Shown here in pieces: positions 53,067 through 64,000 of a DNA stretch of 64,000 nt; the stretch's first letter is position 1, and each line of letters begins with the position of its first letter. A program made the position numbers and the translations under genes. The DNA is from Octopus sinensis (Eukaryota): NCBI RefSeq assembly GCF_006345805.1, contig NC_043003.1, forward strand, positions 79,484,001-79,548,000. Reading direction: 5' to 3'. The notes under the pieces are model-generated. The model had not been told where the DNA came from, made no database searches, and saw nothing but the letters and a program-made list of their open reading frames with translations.

Positions 53067-53526
53067 CGCCAGAAAAACCGGCCCTATGCTCTTTACGTAG
53101 CAGTGTGGAGCAGCTATATATATCTCTCTATATACCTGGGGCTATATAAATACTTGCCCAAGATGCCACGCAGAGAAGACTGAACCTGGAACCATGGCGG
53201 TATGAAGTAAATTTCTTGCCATGTAAGAAAATTGTCAAACCATTTTCAGAGAACATCACGACTTGGTGAAAAGTGTGTGTGTGTGTGTGTGTGTGTGTGA
53301 GTGTGTGTATGTGTGTGCGTGTGTGCGTGTGTGTGAGTGAGGTGTGTGTGTGTGTGAGTTATGATAAAGGCGGACATTTGGGTAGAAAGCTTGCAACAGG
53401 AAGTGGAGTCTGCTAAAGTCACTCAAGGTGCCAAGGTGACGGGGTTAAACTGAGTAACAGATAAAGGTTACCAACCATGGCATGGTTTGAACTAAGAATA
53501 CAAGGAGCCGGAACAATTACTGCAAT
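52760..53526. repeat. Inverted pair of about 180-bp repeats around a 410-bp spacer
   Basis: ttgcagtgattgttccggctccttgtattcttagttcaaaccatgcc mirrored as ggcatggtttgaactaagaatacaaggagccggaacaattactgcaa. Confidence 0.85.
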
Positions 53527-54236
53527 GCATCCTGTTCGGTTTTCTTTTAGTTCCGTTATGCCTCCTTTCCAGATTGATACATTTTTCAATCGTTTACGAT
53601 TCTAGAAAATGATGAAAAGCGTGTTTTGAACTCAGAATGAATAAAGCTGAAACAAATTCTTGCAATGCATTTTGTCTAACGCGCAGACGACACTGCTAAT
53701 TCACCCTCTTTTCCTTTTTTTTTTGTCTTTCTCTTTATCTATCTCTTTCTCTATCGCTTTCTAGTTCATAAGCCCTTTCTTTTTAGTTCTGAGTCGATCT
53801 CTCATGCAGACGATATCTTTTTTCTATTCGCGCCTTCGCTTTTTATCTTTCTCGTTCTATCACACGCCACTCCTTTCTCTTTCTGTCGTCCCTTTAGGAT
53901 AACTGGCTGTCTCTCATCTGCTCATTCAGTTCCTTTTCTGATTTTTCTTCTTTTTTCTCTTTCGCTTAATGATTCATTCTTTTTCTCTTTCACTTTCGCT
54001 TGCTCTTCCTTTTATTGAAGCATTCTCTCTTCCTACTTTTGATCTTTTGCTAAAATCTATCTCCCACCTCCCATTTTTTAACTCTCTGTCGTCCGTTTTC
54101 TAACTTCCTGACGATACACTTATGATAGTATAAATCTGTGGACGAAAACGGAAATGTGTGAGTATATGAATGTGTATGTGTGTTAACGGATCTAAAAGGA
54201 TGTGAGAATTCAGTGTTCTAACTGATTATCTATCTA

Positions 54237-55481
54237 CAGAGCTTGGACAAAATAATGGAAACACTTAGCTTCATATCATCAAAATTTTGAAATATCTATA
54301 AAACCGTCAAGAGCTTGTTTATGTTTATGTTTTTTTATTTATTATTAGTGTTGCTTAATATGTTTTGCTAAAATTGCTGTTTCTTTTCAAATATCATCAG
54401 AAAAAATTAATTAAAATTCATTAAAATGACAGATCTATCGAACTTTCAAAGAGGTGAAATTGTTGGTGCTCGTATGGCAGGCGCTAGCGTAACGAAAACA
54501 GCCGAAATGCTTGGTGTATTAAGAAGTACTGTTTCGAAAGTAATGACAGCGGTTGAGAAAGAGGGAAAAACCTCCTAGTCGAAACAAAACTCCGGAAGAA
54601 AATCAAAATTTTCAGATATGGACCGTCGGACTCTTACGCGAACGAATTGTTAGAAAAGATCACAAAAGTACAGCTCCCAAAATTACTGCAGAGCTTAATG
54701 ATCGCATCGAGAACCCATTTCCCACAAAAACTGTTTGACGGGGGCTGCACAAAGCCGGATTTCACGGGAGGGCTGCAATCAGAAAACCACTACTTTCAAA
54801 AACAAACGTTGCAAAGCATTTAGAGTGGAGTAAAAATCTACAGAATTAGTCCCTAGAGCAGTGGAGGAATGAGTCATTCTTTACCTTATTTCCGACCTCC
54901 GGCCGAGTATACGTGAGGAGACAGCCAAAAGAAGCATTTGACTCAGGCTGCCTTCTTCCAACTGGGGGACGGCTGGCTATATTCTTCCAACTGGGGACGG
55001 CTGGCTATATTCTGGATATCCGCTGGCCCAATGGATTTCTTCATGGCAGAATTAATAGTCAATATTATATAAGCATTCTGTCTGATCAAATTCATCCTAT
55101 GGTTGTGGAACTGTTTCAGTGGAAAACGCAATCTTTCAGGATGATAATGCACCAATTCACACAGCTAAAGTTGTTACTGAATGGCACGAGGAACATTCTA
55201 ATGAAGTTGAACATATTATTTGGCTACCACACTCCCCAGATCTCAATATTATTGAACATTTATGGAGCATTTTAGAAAAACAAGTAAGGAGTCGATATCC
55301 TCCACCTTCATCACTGCAAGAACTGGAGACTGCTTTAGTTGAAGAATGGTAAAATATTCCTTTGGAAACAGTTCAAACATTGCACGAATCCATACCTTGT
55401 TGGTTCAAGGCGGTCCTATCCCATATTAAAATAAATTTGTTTGAAATTTTAAGGTGTTTCCATTATTTTGTTCAACCCTTG
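54237..55481 (+). mobile_element. Tc1-like element with DD36E spacing, decayed
   Basis: TA|cagagcttggacaaaataatggaaacac ... gtgtttccattattttgttcaacccttg|TA. MTDLSNFQRGEIVGARMAGASV at 54426; FQDDNAPIH...SPDLNIIE. Confidence 0.9.
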
Positions 55482-55503
55482 TATCTATCTATTTATCTAT
55501 CTA

Positions 55504-55538
<35 letters not shown>

Positions 55539-55765
55539 GCCTGCCTGCCTGCCTGGCTGTCTGTCTGTCTGTATGTATGTATGTATGTCTGAGTGTCTGT
55601 ATGTCTGTGTGTCTGTGTGCCTGTCTGTTTGTCTATACGGATACACGCAGATATACATCCAGATACGTATATGTAGAACTTAGCAAAGACTCGAGGTGAG
55701 TATAAGTGTGCCTGTGTGCATACGTGTTTGCGTGCGTGCGTGCATGCGTGTGTGTGTGTGTGTGT

Positions 55766-55804
<39 letters not shown>

Positions 55805-56002
55805 TGTGTGTGTGCGCGCGTATGGTTCTCGATAAACTCTAGTTTATCCTGTTGCCTGTTGCTACTCTACGTGATAATGTGCCGGAACATCAATGCACGG
55901 GGATAATACAGGTAACGGATACCGATAGTATTATATCTCTTATTCGGTTACTATAACCGCTAACTCTGTTTACACAAACACACACACATATACACATACA
56001 TG

Positions 56003-56069
<67 letters not shown>

Positions 56070-56085
56070 CTATCTATCTATCTAT

Positions 56086-57850
56086 GAGGGGTATCCCGTG
56101 AGAATTGGGATGCGGGATGAGCGTGTCTTCATGCGCAGACGACGTCACCGTGATAGTGTCTATCCAGAAGCACATCGAGCTTGTCGGCGAGACACTGAAA
56201 GACTACGAAGCGGTAAGCGGAGCGAAAATCAACCGGGAAAAATCAGTGGGCTTGCGGCTCGGCACCTGGAGAAGCAAGCCCAAGCCGTCCACCAGCGCCT
56301 CCGTCGTGGGACGCTGGACCGACGGTCCGGTCGAGTTGCTCGGGGTCTGGTTTGGTCCAGACCTCAAACGGAGAAGAACTGGAACGAGATAACGAGTAGG
56401 GTGGTCACTCTCGCTCCGCAATGGGCCGAGAGGAAGCTGTCCCTAAAAGGTCGGGCGGAAGTGGCGAACACGTACATCGCTTCCCTCATCTACTACCGCC
56501 TGACAGTCGTGCCTTGTCCCGACCTCACCATCACCAAACTAGTGCGCATTCTCTTCCGCTTCTTGTGGAAAAGATGCGTTCAGATGGTCAGGCGATCCGT
56601 TTGCTGCCAACACCCGTTAAAAGGAGGGCTGAGCATGCCGTGGTTGATGATGCGCAGACACGCGCTAAGGCTGCGACATCTTCCGCTCTACGTAGACGAC
56701 GGTGAACAGGTGTGGTCGCCGTTTGTGAGGCGCGCTTTCCAGCAGCTCATCTCATTGGCCGAACTGCAGTCTTCGATCAAAAAGAAGCCGAGGAAGGGCG
56801 AATGGCACCGCGAGTGTCACGTTGCTCTCAAGCAACTCTGCCGTCCGGGACCAAACTTGTGCGAATTCGTTACAAGAAAGGCGTTCTATAGAGGATTAGT
56901 GGAGGGAGGTGCAACGACGTTCTCGGGCAGAATCTGGGCATCGCCGAGGAAACCTGACCCGCCTGTCCAGGAGAACTTTCAAGTGGGACCTATGGACAAT
57001 CACCAAAGATCCCTGGCCTGGCAGTGCTATCGAGAAGCATTACCTGTTCGGGATACAGGCACGGTTCGAGACACACCGGACCGACTTGCCCGAGATGCAG
57101 TCAGAGCAACGAAACCGTTCTGCACGCACACGTGCAGTGTCCAACCATTTCGGACCTGTGGGCTTATGCCAAACGGCTGCTGTCACGTGTGGGACGAGTC
57201 CGCCTGTCGGCCGAGTCTATCATAACAATTGCTTCTCCACCTTTACCCAACCGGGAAGGCAAGGCAGTCTTCATCGTACTGGTGGCCATGGTGAAAGAAT
57301 GTGAGTGGTGAACTCGAGCGAAAGGATTACAGACAAACACTTACCTCTCTGGCCAATCGCTCATCAACTTTTTCAAGTACCACTTGAAAAGGAAGGTGAG
57401 AATGGAGAGGCAGGTTTTGTCTCGTGAAAGTTTCAAAAAAAGGTGGGTGAATGTAGCAAAGATGGTGCGTGTGAGTGACGAAACCAGTGTGAGCATGATC
57501 CTGTGAATCGAAAAGAGAGAGAGAGGGAGAGAGAGAGAGAAAGAGAGAAAGAAAGAGAGAAAGAGAGAGAGAGAAAGAAAGAGAAGAGAGAGAGCACTTT
57601 GCTCTCGTGTTCATTCCTCCTTGCCTGAGGTTACCGTGGTCTTTCCCGTAGGCTTTTCTTTCCACGGATAAACCTAATCTTGCTTCTTACATTTAAAAAA
57701 TTTCTTCTGTAGTATACGATCCCTTTTGATCGGAATTTTACTTTTTTTTCTGTTATTTTTTCCCTTTTTCTTTTTCATTTTCGAAAAGAAAAGCTCTACA
57801 TTTGTATTTGTCCCCACTGTGTTCAGCCCTGTGTGGCCAATAAAGAATGT
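56086..57850 (+). mobile_element. Tx1 (L1-clade) LINE, 5'-truncated, flanked by (TATC)n
   Basis: CADDVTV, SGAKINREKS, LLGVWF, LSLKGRAEVAN, KGGLSMP, CCHC CPRCSQSNETVLHAHVQC. 3' UTR ends caataaagaa. GC-rich relative to flanks. Confidence 0.9.
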
Positions 57851-57884
57851 TATCTACCTATCTATCTATATTTATATGTATACA

Positions 57885-57977
<93 letters not shown>

Positions 57978-58544
57978 GTCTATTCATAGGTGAATATTTA
58001 GTAAAAAAAAAAAGGTGTAGGGCAATTTATTTGGTATTCTGAAGTGCACTATCTTTCATCTTTTACATGCTTTGGTCATTAAACTGTGGCCATGCTGGAG
58101 CACTATCTTGAAAAATTTTTAGTCGAATGAATCGGCTTCAGGACACATTTTCTTCCAAAAGCCTGGTAATCTTTCAATCGAGATATTTCGCCGAACCGCT
58201 AAGTTACAGGGTCGTAAACACATCAACATCGGTTGTCAAGCGGTGTTGGGGGACCAACATAGACCCACAAGCGCAAACGCGAATACATTCATGCACACGC
58301 ACATACAAGCGGGCTTCTTTAAGTCGGCCCGAGGCTATAGTAGAAGATACTTGCCCAAAGTGTCACGCAATGGGACTGAACCCGGAACGATGTAGTTGTG
58401 AAGCAAGCTTCTTACCACAACGCCCCACGCCTGTGTCTGTGTAGTATATTTAGAAAACAAAATGTTGGTGAAATATCTTTAATCATAGCTCTGCCTAATC
58501 AGCAACAAGAACGACTAACTCTAGTTTATGGTAAGAAGTGATAT

Positions 58545-58982
58545 ACTCTTTTACTCTTTTACTCTTTTACTTGTTTCAGTCATTTGACTGCGGCCATGCT
58601 GGAGCACCGCCTTTAGTCGAGCAAATCGACCCCGGGACTTATTCTTTGTAAGCCCAGTACTTATTCTATCGGTCTCTTTTGCCGAACCGCTAAGTGACGG
58701 GGACGTAAACACACCAGCATCAGTTGTCAAGCAATGCTAGGGGGACAAACACAGACGCACAAACATATACACACACACTTATATATATATATATAATATA
58801 TATATATATATACATATATATACGACAGGCTTCTTTCAGTTTCCGTCTACCAAATCCACTCACAGGCATTGGTCGGCCGGAGCTATAGCAGAAGACACTT
58901 GCCCAAGATGCCACGCAGTGGGACTGAACCCTGAACCATGTGGTTGGTTAGCAAGCTACTTACCACACAGCCACTCCTGCGC
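58545..58982 (-). mobile_element. SINE family B, near full length
   Basis: Same modules as the 18042 copy. Confidence 0.9.
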
Positions 58983-59524
58983 TGTTTACATTAAAATATC
59001 GGATCTTGTTAAATTTCTTTTAATCACTTGAAATATTTCAAATTTTTACCAGATTATTTTCAGATTCTTTACATTAATTTCTAAAACGAAATGAATTCGC
59101 TTTTCGTCATAGTATGCAAGATTACAGATTTCGAAAGTCTCCTCCTCCAGCGCCGAAACCAACAGATCACGTGATTTCGACGTTCCGTGGTCTCGTCAAT
59201 AGTGGACTCATGACCGCTATAGATAACAGCGACTCATCTCCCTGCCAGCGATATATAGAAAAACAGTGCCAGAACAGGGGCTGGTGTCGCGATTAGGCAG
59301 TGAAATTGTTAAAAAATATATATTAGCGATAATACTGCGAAAGAATATTTATACCCACTTAAACGAGGATGTTCTTTTAGAACAAATTATACTGCGGTAT
59401 ACTGCGGAGAAAAATCTAATGTTGGCCTTTGGTGCAAATTGCATTCTTGTTTATATCGCGAGCGGGGAGACAAATCCCCGCCACCTCTAGTTACGAGCCT
59501 TCCAGAAACCTAGTTTCGTTTTCT

Positions 59525-59940
59525 TATTTCTTTACTGACCACAAGGGGCTACTCACAGGGGGACAAACAAGGACAGACAAAGGGTTTAAGTCGATTATAT
59601 CGACCCCAGTGCGTAACTGGTACTTATTTAACCGACCCCGAAAAGATGAAAGGCAAAGTCGACCTCGGCGCAATTTGAACTCAGAACGTAGCGGCAGACG
59701 AAATACCTATTTCTTTATTACCCACAAGGGGCTAAACACAGAGGGGACAAACAAGGACAGACAAACGGATCAAGTCGATTATATCGACCCAGGGCGTAAC
59801 TGGTACTTATTTAATCGACCCCGAAAAGATGAAAGGCAAAGTCGACCTCGGCGGAATTTGAACTCACAACGTAGCGGCAGACGAAATACGGCTACGCATT
59901 TCGCCCGGCGTGCTAACGTTTCTGCCAGCTCACCACCTTA
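59525..59940 (-). mobile_element. SINE family A dimer with 11-bp TSD
   Basis: Two core+tail modules behind one tRNA head. TSD tttcgttttct at 59514-59524 and 59941-59951. Confidence 0.9.
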
Positions 59941-60366
59941 TTTCGTTTTCTATGTCCTTGATGGATACTCGAGCACAAGAGATAGCAGCGACGTCTCCTC
60001 GACAGCGATGTATAGACAAACAGTGCCAGAACAGGCAGTTATTTAGTTGGAAGATATTTAGCAAGTTCCAGAGGATCCACTGAAAATCTATCCGTCTTGA
60101 GGAACTGGTTGAGTGGATGGGACAAAGCGTAGTTTACATAAGTACGAAGATGGAGGAAATCTTTATAGATTGGTCCTACCTCAACTTCATTAAACCTTAA
60201 AGACAAGATAAATTAGCTCGGGAGCAGGGGTGCATGGGATGTAGGTGCACCTCCTAAAACTTTTGCATGGCGATGTAAACCCTTCTAAAAAACTAGGTTT
60301 GAATCTGATAAGTAAATTTCGTTCCCGCGCTTACGGTGTTTGCGTAGGCGGGTGCGTAGTCTTTAA

Positions 60367-60468
60367 ATTCTTCTTCTTCTTCTTCTTCTTCTTCTTCTTC
60401 TTCTTCTTCTTCTTCTTCTTCTTCTTCTTCTTCTTCTTCTTCTTCTTCTTCTTCTTCTTCTTCTTCTT
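60367..60468. repeat. (TTC)n microsatellite
   Basis: Direct reading. Confidence 0.98.
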
Positions 60469-60539
60469 TTTGTACTGTTGGTTTCTCTTCGTCTTCGATC
60501 ATATGCACTCTCTTTCTCTTCTTTACACCTTTATACTTT

Positions 60540-61700
60540 GGCCCCATCCGGAGGATGTCCAAGTACTGTTAGGCCATGTGGACTCAATAAAGTCATACAC
60601 AATAGAAAAGGAAAAAGAGAATCAGCTGGCATTCCTGGATGTATTAATAACATGCACTGAGTATGGGTTCAGGACATCCGTATACCACAAGCCAACCTTC
60701 ACTAAAGTATAAAGAGAGGGATTACTCAATACCTAAAACATCGAGCAAAGACTGTACGTAGCGATCCTGATACACACCATGAAGAAATGACCAGGCTAAG
60801 AAACAATCTACTATGCGACAAATACCCAGAAAATAAACTAATCACTACAGTTAAGAAGAGGAGTGAGGATGAAACTCATAAACCGACCACAGTCAGTCTA
60901 CTTTATGTCAAAGGTCACCCGGAAAACGATACAAAAAAATATGCGGTCCATGTGACATCAAGACAGTATCCAGAAGTAATACATTTCGCAAATATCTCCT
61001 CCGATTAAAACCATCCTTAAAAGAGAATATAACCAAAAACTGCATGTACTCCACCCCATGCAGTTGCGGTAGGTTATACAAAGGCAAAACATGCCGCACC
61101 CTTAAAATAAGGGTAGAGGGACATCGTAAAGCTGTGACAAGAGGTGATATAGAAAAATCGGGTATATATAATCATGTATGGAAAAACGGAGACCACTTCT
61201 CCCTATGGAATGAAGTTAAAATAATAGACAGAGAACACCATTGGAAAATATGAAAATTAAAAGAGGCAGCACATACGCTAGGACACAATTACCTCCTTAG
61301 TAGACCTAGTGCAGATATGAATGTCATATAGGAATCGGTATTAAGAAAAGATAGAATATTAGGTTTATAAGTCCAAAAATTCATTCTACAATTACCTACC
61401 GGCATACAGCGTAATTGATAGGAGCGCGGGCTACTAACCCTCGAATTCTGTGTACGATCTCAGGTAGGCACTTGGGAAATGGTATCAACAAAAAATAACA
61501 TCAGCAAAAAAGAATACCCTAGGAAGGAAAACAGAGTAATCAAATAAAGGGTTGGGTTCGAAAATTCCACCAGAACACACACCTGATAAAAGCCGGAGAG
61601 CAAATCAGCCGAAACGTTGTGGAAACAACAAACAAGGCGAGGACACCTATTCTTCCATTGCAAATAATACACATAATTTCTCATCTTAAAGAATATAGAA
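60540..61700 (+). mobile_element. Penelope-like element, 5'-truncated: RT thumb, GIY-YIG endonuclease, pseudo-LTR
   Basis: YTIEKEKENQLAFLDVLI...TSVYHKPT; CMYSTPCSCGRLYKGKTCRTLKIRVEGHR...EHHWKI*KLKEAAH. Degenerate hammerhead at 61580-61621. Confidence 0.88.
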
Positions 61701-61807
61701 TAGTAGAGACATACATATACACACACACACGCGTGTGCATTCACGCATACACTCACACACATGTATATTTATGTGTAGTGTAGTTTTCATGAAGCATTGT
61801 CTTATAT

Positions 61808-62268
61808 ACTCTTTTACTCTTTTATTTGTCTTAGTCATTTGACTCTGGCCATGCTGGAGCACCGCTTTTAGTCGAGCAAATCGACCCCAGGACTTATTCT
61901 TTGTAAGCCTTGTACTTATTCTATCGGTTTCTATTGCCGAAGCGCTAGATTACGGGGACGTAAACACACCAGCATCGGTTGTCAAGTGATGTTGTGGGAC
62001 AAACACAAACACACACACACATACACACACGCACATACAAACACACACACATACACACCACAACACACACACACACACACACACACACCACACACACCCA
62101 CACCCACACACACACACACACGACATTTCCGTCTAACAAATCCACTCAGAAGGCTTTGGTCGGCCCGATGCTATAGTAGAATACTTGTCCAAGGTGCCAC
62201 GCAGTGGGACTGAACCCGGAACCATGTGGCTGGTAAGCAAGCTACTTACCACACAGCCACTCCTACGC
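61808..62268 (-). mobile_element. SINE family B
   Basis: Same modules as the 18042 copy. Confidence 0.88.
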
Positions 62269-62410
62269 CTATAGACAGTTTTTTTTTGAAAATCCCCTCC
62301 CCCAATGCAATTAAAAAAAATAATACAGGTTAAATGCCAGGTAAAACTATCAATCTGCATTATTTTTATAACTTGTATTGTTTTGGGTAAAAAAATATTT
62401 GAAATATTTA

Positions 62411-62479
<69 letters not shown>

Positions 62480-62624
62480 GTACACACACATACATAGGTT
62501 TGTGCGTATGTGTTTGTGTTCCTGTGTGTGTGTGTGTATGATTCAAATGTATATCTATCTATCCATCTATCTATCTATCTGTCTATCTATATATATATAC
62601 ACCATATATATATATATATAGTCA

Positions 62625-62820
62625 ATTCAAACAAGAGCAAGCAAGAAGAATCAACAACGCTATGACGTGGAACAAGTACTGTGTTATTGGATGCTTAAGA
62701 AAGGAAAGAAAAGAAAGAAAATATGACGTTTCGAGCGGAGCTCTTCGTCAGAATATAGAACAAGACCAAAGAAGGGATGACTGAGAAGAAAATCGCCACG
62801 ATACACCGCGGGTACATATA
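62625..62820 (-). mobile_element. Short non-coding element with a hammerhead-like motif (62720-62757) in (TA)n
   Basis: AUAU-U-CUGACGA-A-GAGC-UCC-GCUC-GAAAC-GUC-AUAU. Homologous to 20985-21175. Confidence 0.65.
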
Positions 62821-62861
62821 CATATACATATCCATATCCATATACATATACATATATATAT

Positions 62862-62910
<49 letters not shown>

Positions 62911-64000
62911 CTGGAATCTGACACTGTTGATGACCGAGAACTCAGTTGAGTGCTTCTCTGGAAGTACCCTACCTTTACACCCTACCAGGATTTAAGATCT
63001 CTCTCTCTCTCTTTCTCTCTATGCCTATAATAGACGGGCGAAAAATTGCTAATGTGAAGTAGCTATGCGCACAAATGTGTTTTAAATGGTATTCGCCGAT
63101 AGAATGAAAAGCAAAGTTGACGAAGGCAATATTGCAAAAGCGTCATACTTTTGTCATATCGTTACTGTTTCTGTGCAGTCCCCCAAAATTCCTAAACATA
63201 GAACCTATTTTATGCAGTTCATTGCAATGGACACTTCTTTTACATGAAGTTAGAGTTTACTCTAGGATGAAAGTTATCTCGCACTTGGGAAAAATTAAAT
63301 CAACTAAATTAAATCTCAAACTAAACCTCAACATGGTTAATGAAAAATCATTATTGAACTGTTCTCATATGATCCATGATGATGATGCTGTTTTGGAACA
63401 CATCGCTGATTTTATTTCATTAATTGGTCGTTTCTGGTATATCTCTGTCCTCCACATTGAACTGTCAGTTAATTCTGTATAACCATATATTTTTAACCCT
63501 TTGTACATAACCATTTTGTGACGTGAATTACGGGGGATAATTTATGGGCCTGACAATTGAAGTATCGCAAATTCGATCTAGTTAGATTTTCGTTTATCTT
63601 TGGTGCCGTCAGATTCACGCATCTTCTCTCAGTCAAACAGTTTCGTTTCTGAGTCAGTCAATATCCAGAATATAACTCACCTGGCGCTGTGGATTTGGCA
63701 ATTACTGTACGTGTGAAATTTCCGCCCTGAAGTAATATTAAAGTTACAACCTTAACATTTACTTTGAAACAATTAATTAGGTGTTTCGTAATTTTCGTGA
63801 ATTGTAAGTTTCTAATTCTCTCCTCAAATGTAGCTGTGTCTTTTTTTTTTATTATTCCTTTTGATTTATGTCAAAGCCACCGAGTTTAAGCTTCACTTAA
63901 GCTACTAACCAACAAAAGCGCATTTACCAGAAAATCATTAGGTAAGATAGCAGCTCCTCAGGCCATTCTCATATTAAAGTAGAATGTCTAGTGATAACAA

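Noticed and set aside
54090-54150. CUGACGA-UACAC...GUG-GAC-GAAAAC hammerhead-like motif
   Set aside because: No NUH triplet and weak stems; too degenerate to call.
63117-63482. 121-aa ORF
   Set aside because: Non-ATG start and no recognisable motif; probably chance or a decayed transposon.

Overview
AT-rich eukaryotic intergenic or intronic DNA with no recognisable host gene. The tRNA-derived SINE families, the (TA)n/(CA)n/(TACA)n/(TAT)n microsatellite load and the transposon mix point to a cephalopod (Octopus-like) genome; this is inferred from repeat content only. Most ORFs in the track are microsatellite translations. The real coding remnants are all transposon-derived: two RTE-clade LINEs plus a 3' fragment of a third, an R4/Dong LINE, two CR1-like LINEs, a CRE-clade 3' fragment, a Tx1 (L1-clade) LINE, a Penelope-like element (PLE), three mariners, a DD36E Tc1-like element, a Helitron Rep remnant, non-autonomous Helitrons and pogo/Tigger-like MITEs. 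Four observations stand out. (1) Type I hammerhead-ribozyme motifs recur across the window: one fully canonical and six variant or degenerate. Several sit in short non-coding palindromic or (TA)n-embedded elements, and one lies directly behind the PLE GIY-YIG ORF. (2) An RTE lineage ends in three tandem C2H2 zinc fingers, seen in two independent copies. (3) The abundant SINE shares its 3' tail with the Tx1 LINE. (4) The Dong and Tx1 elements sit inside specific microsatellites. All folding and alignments were done by eye.
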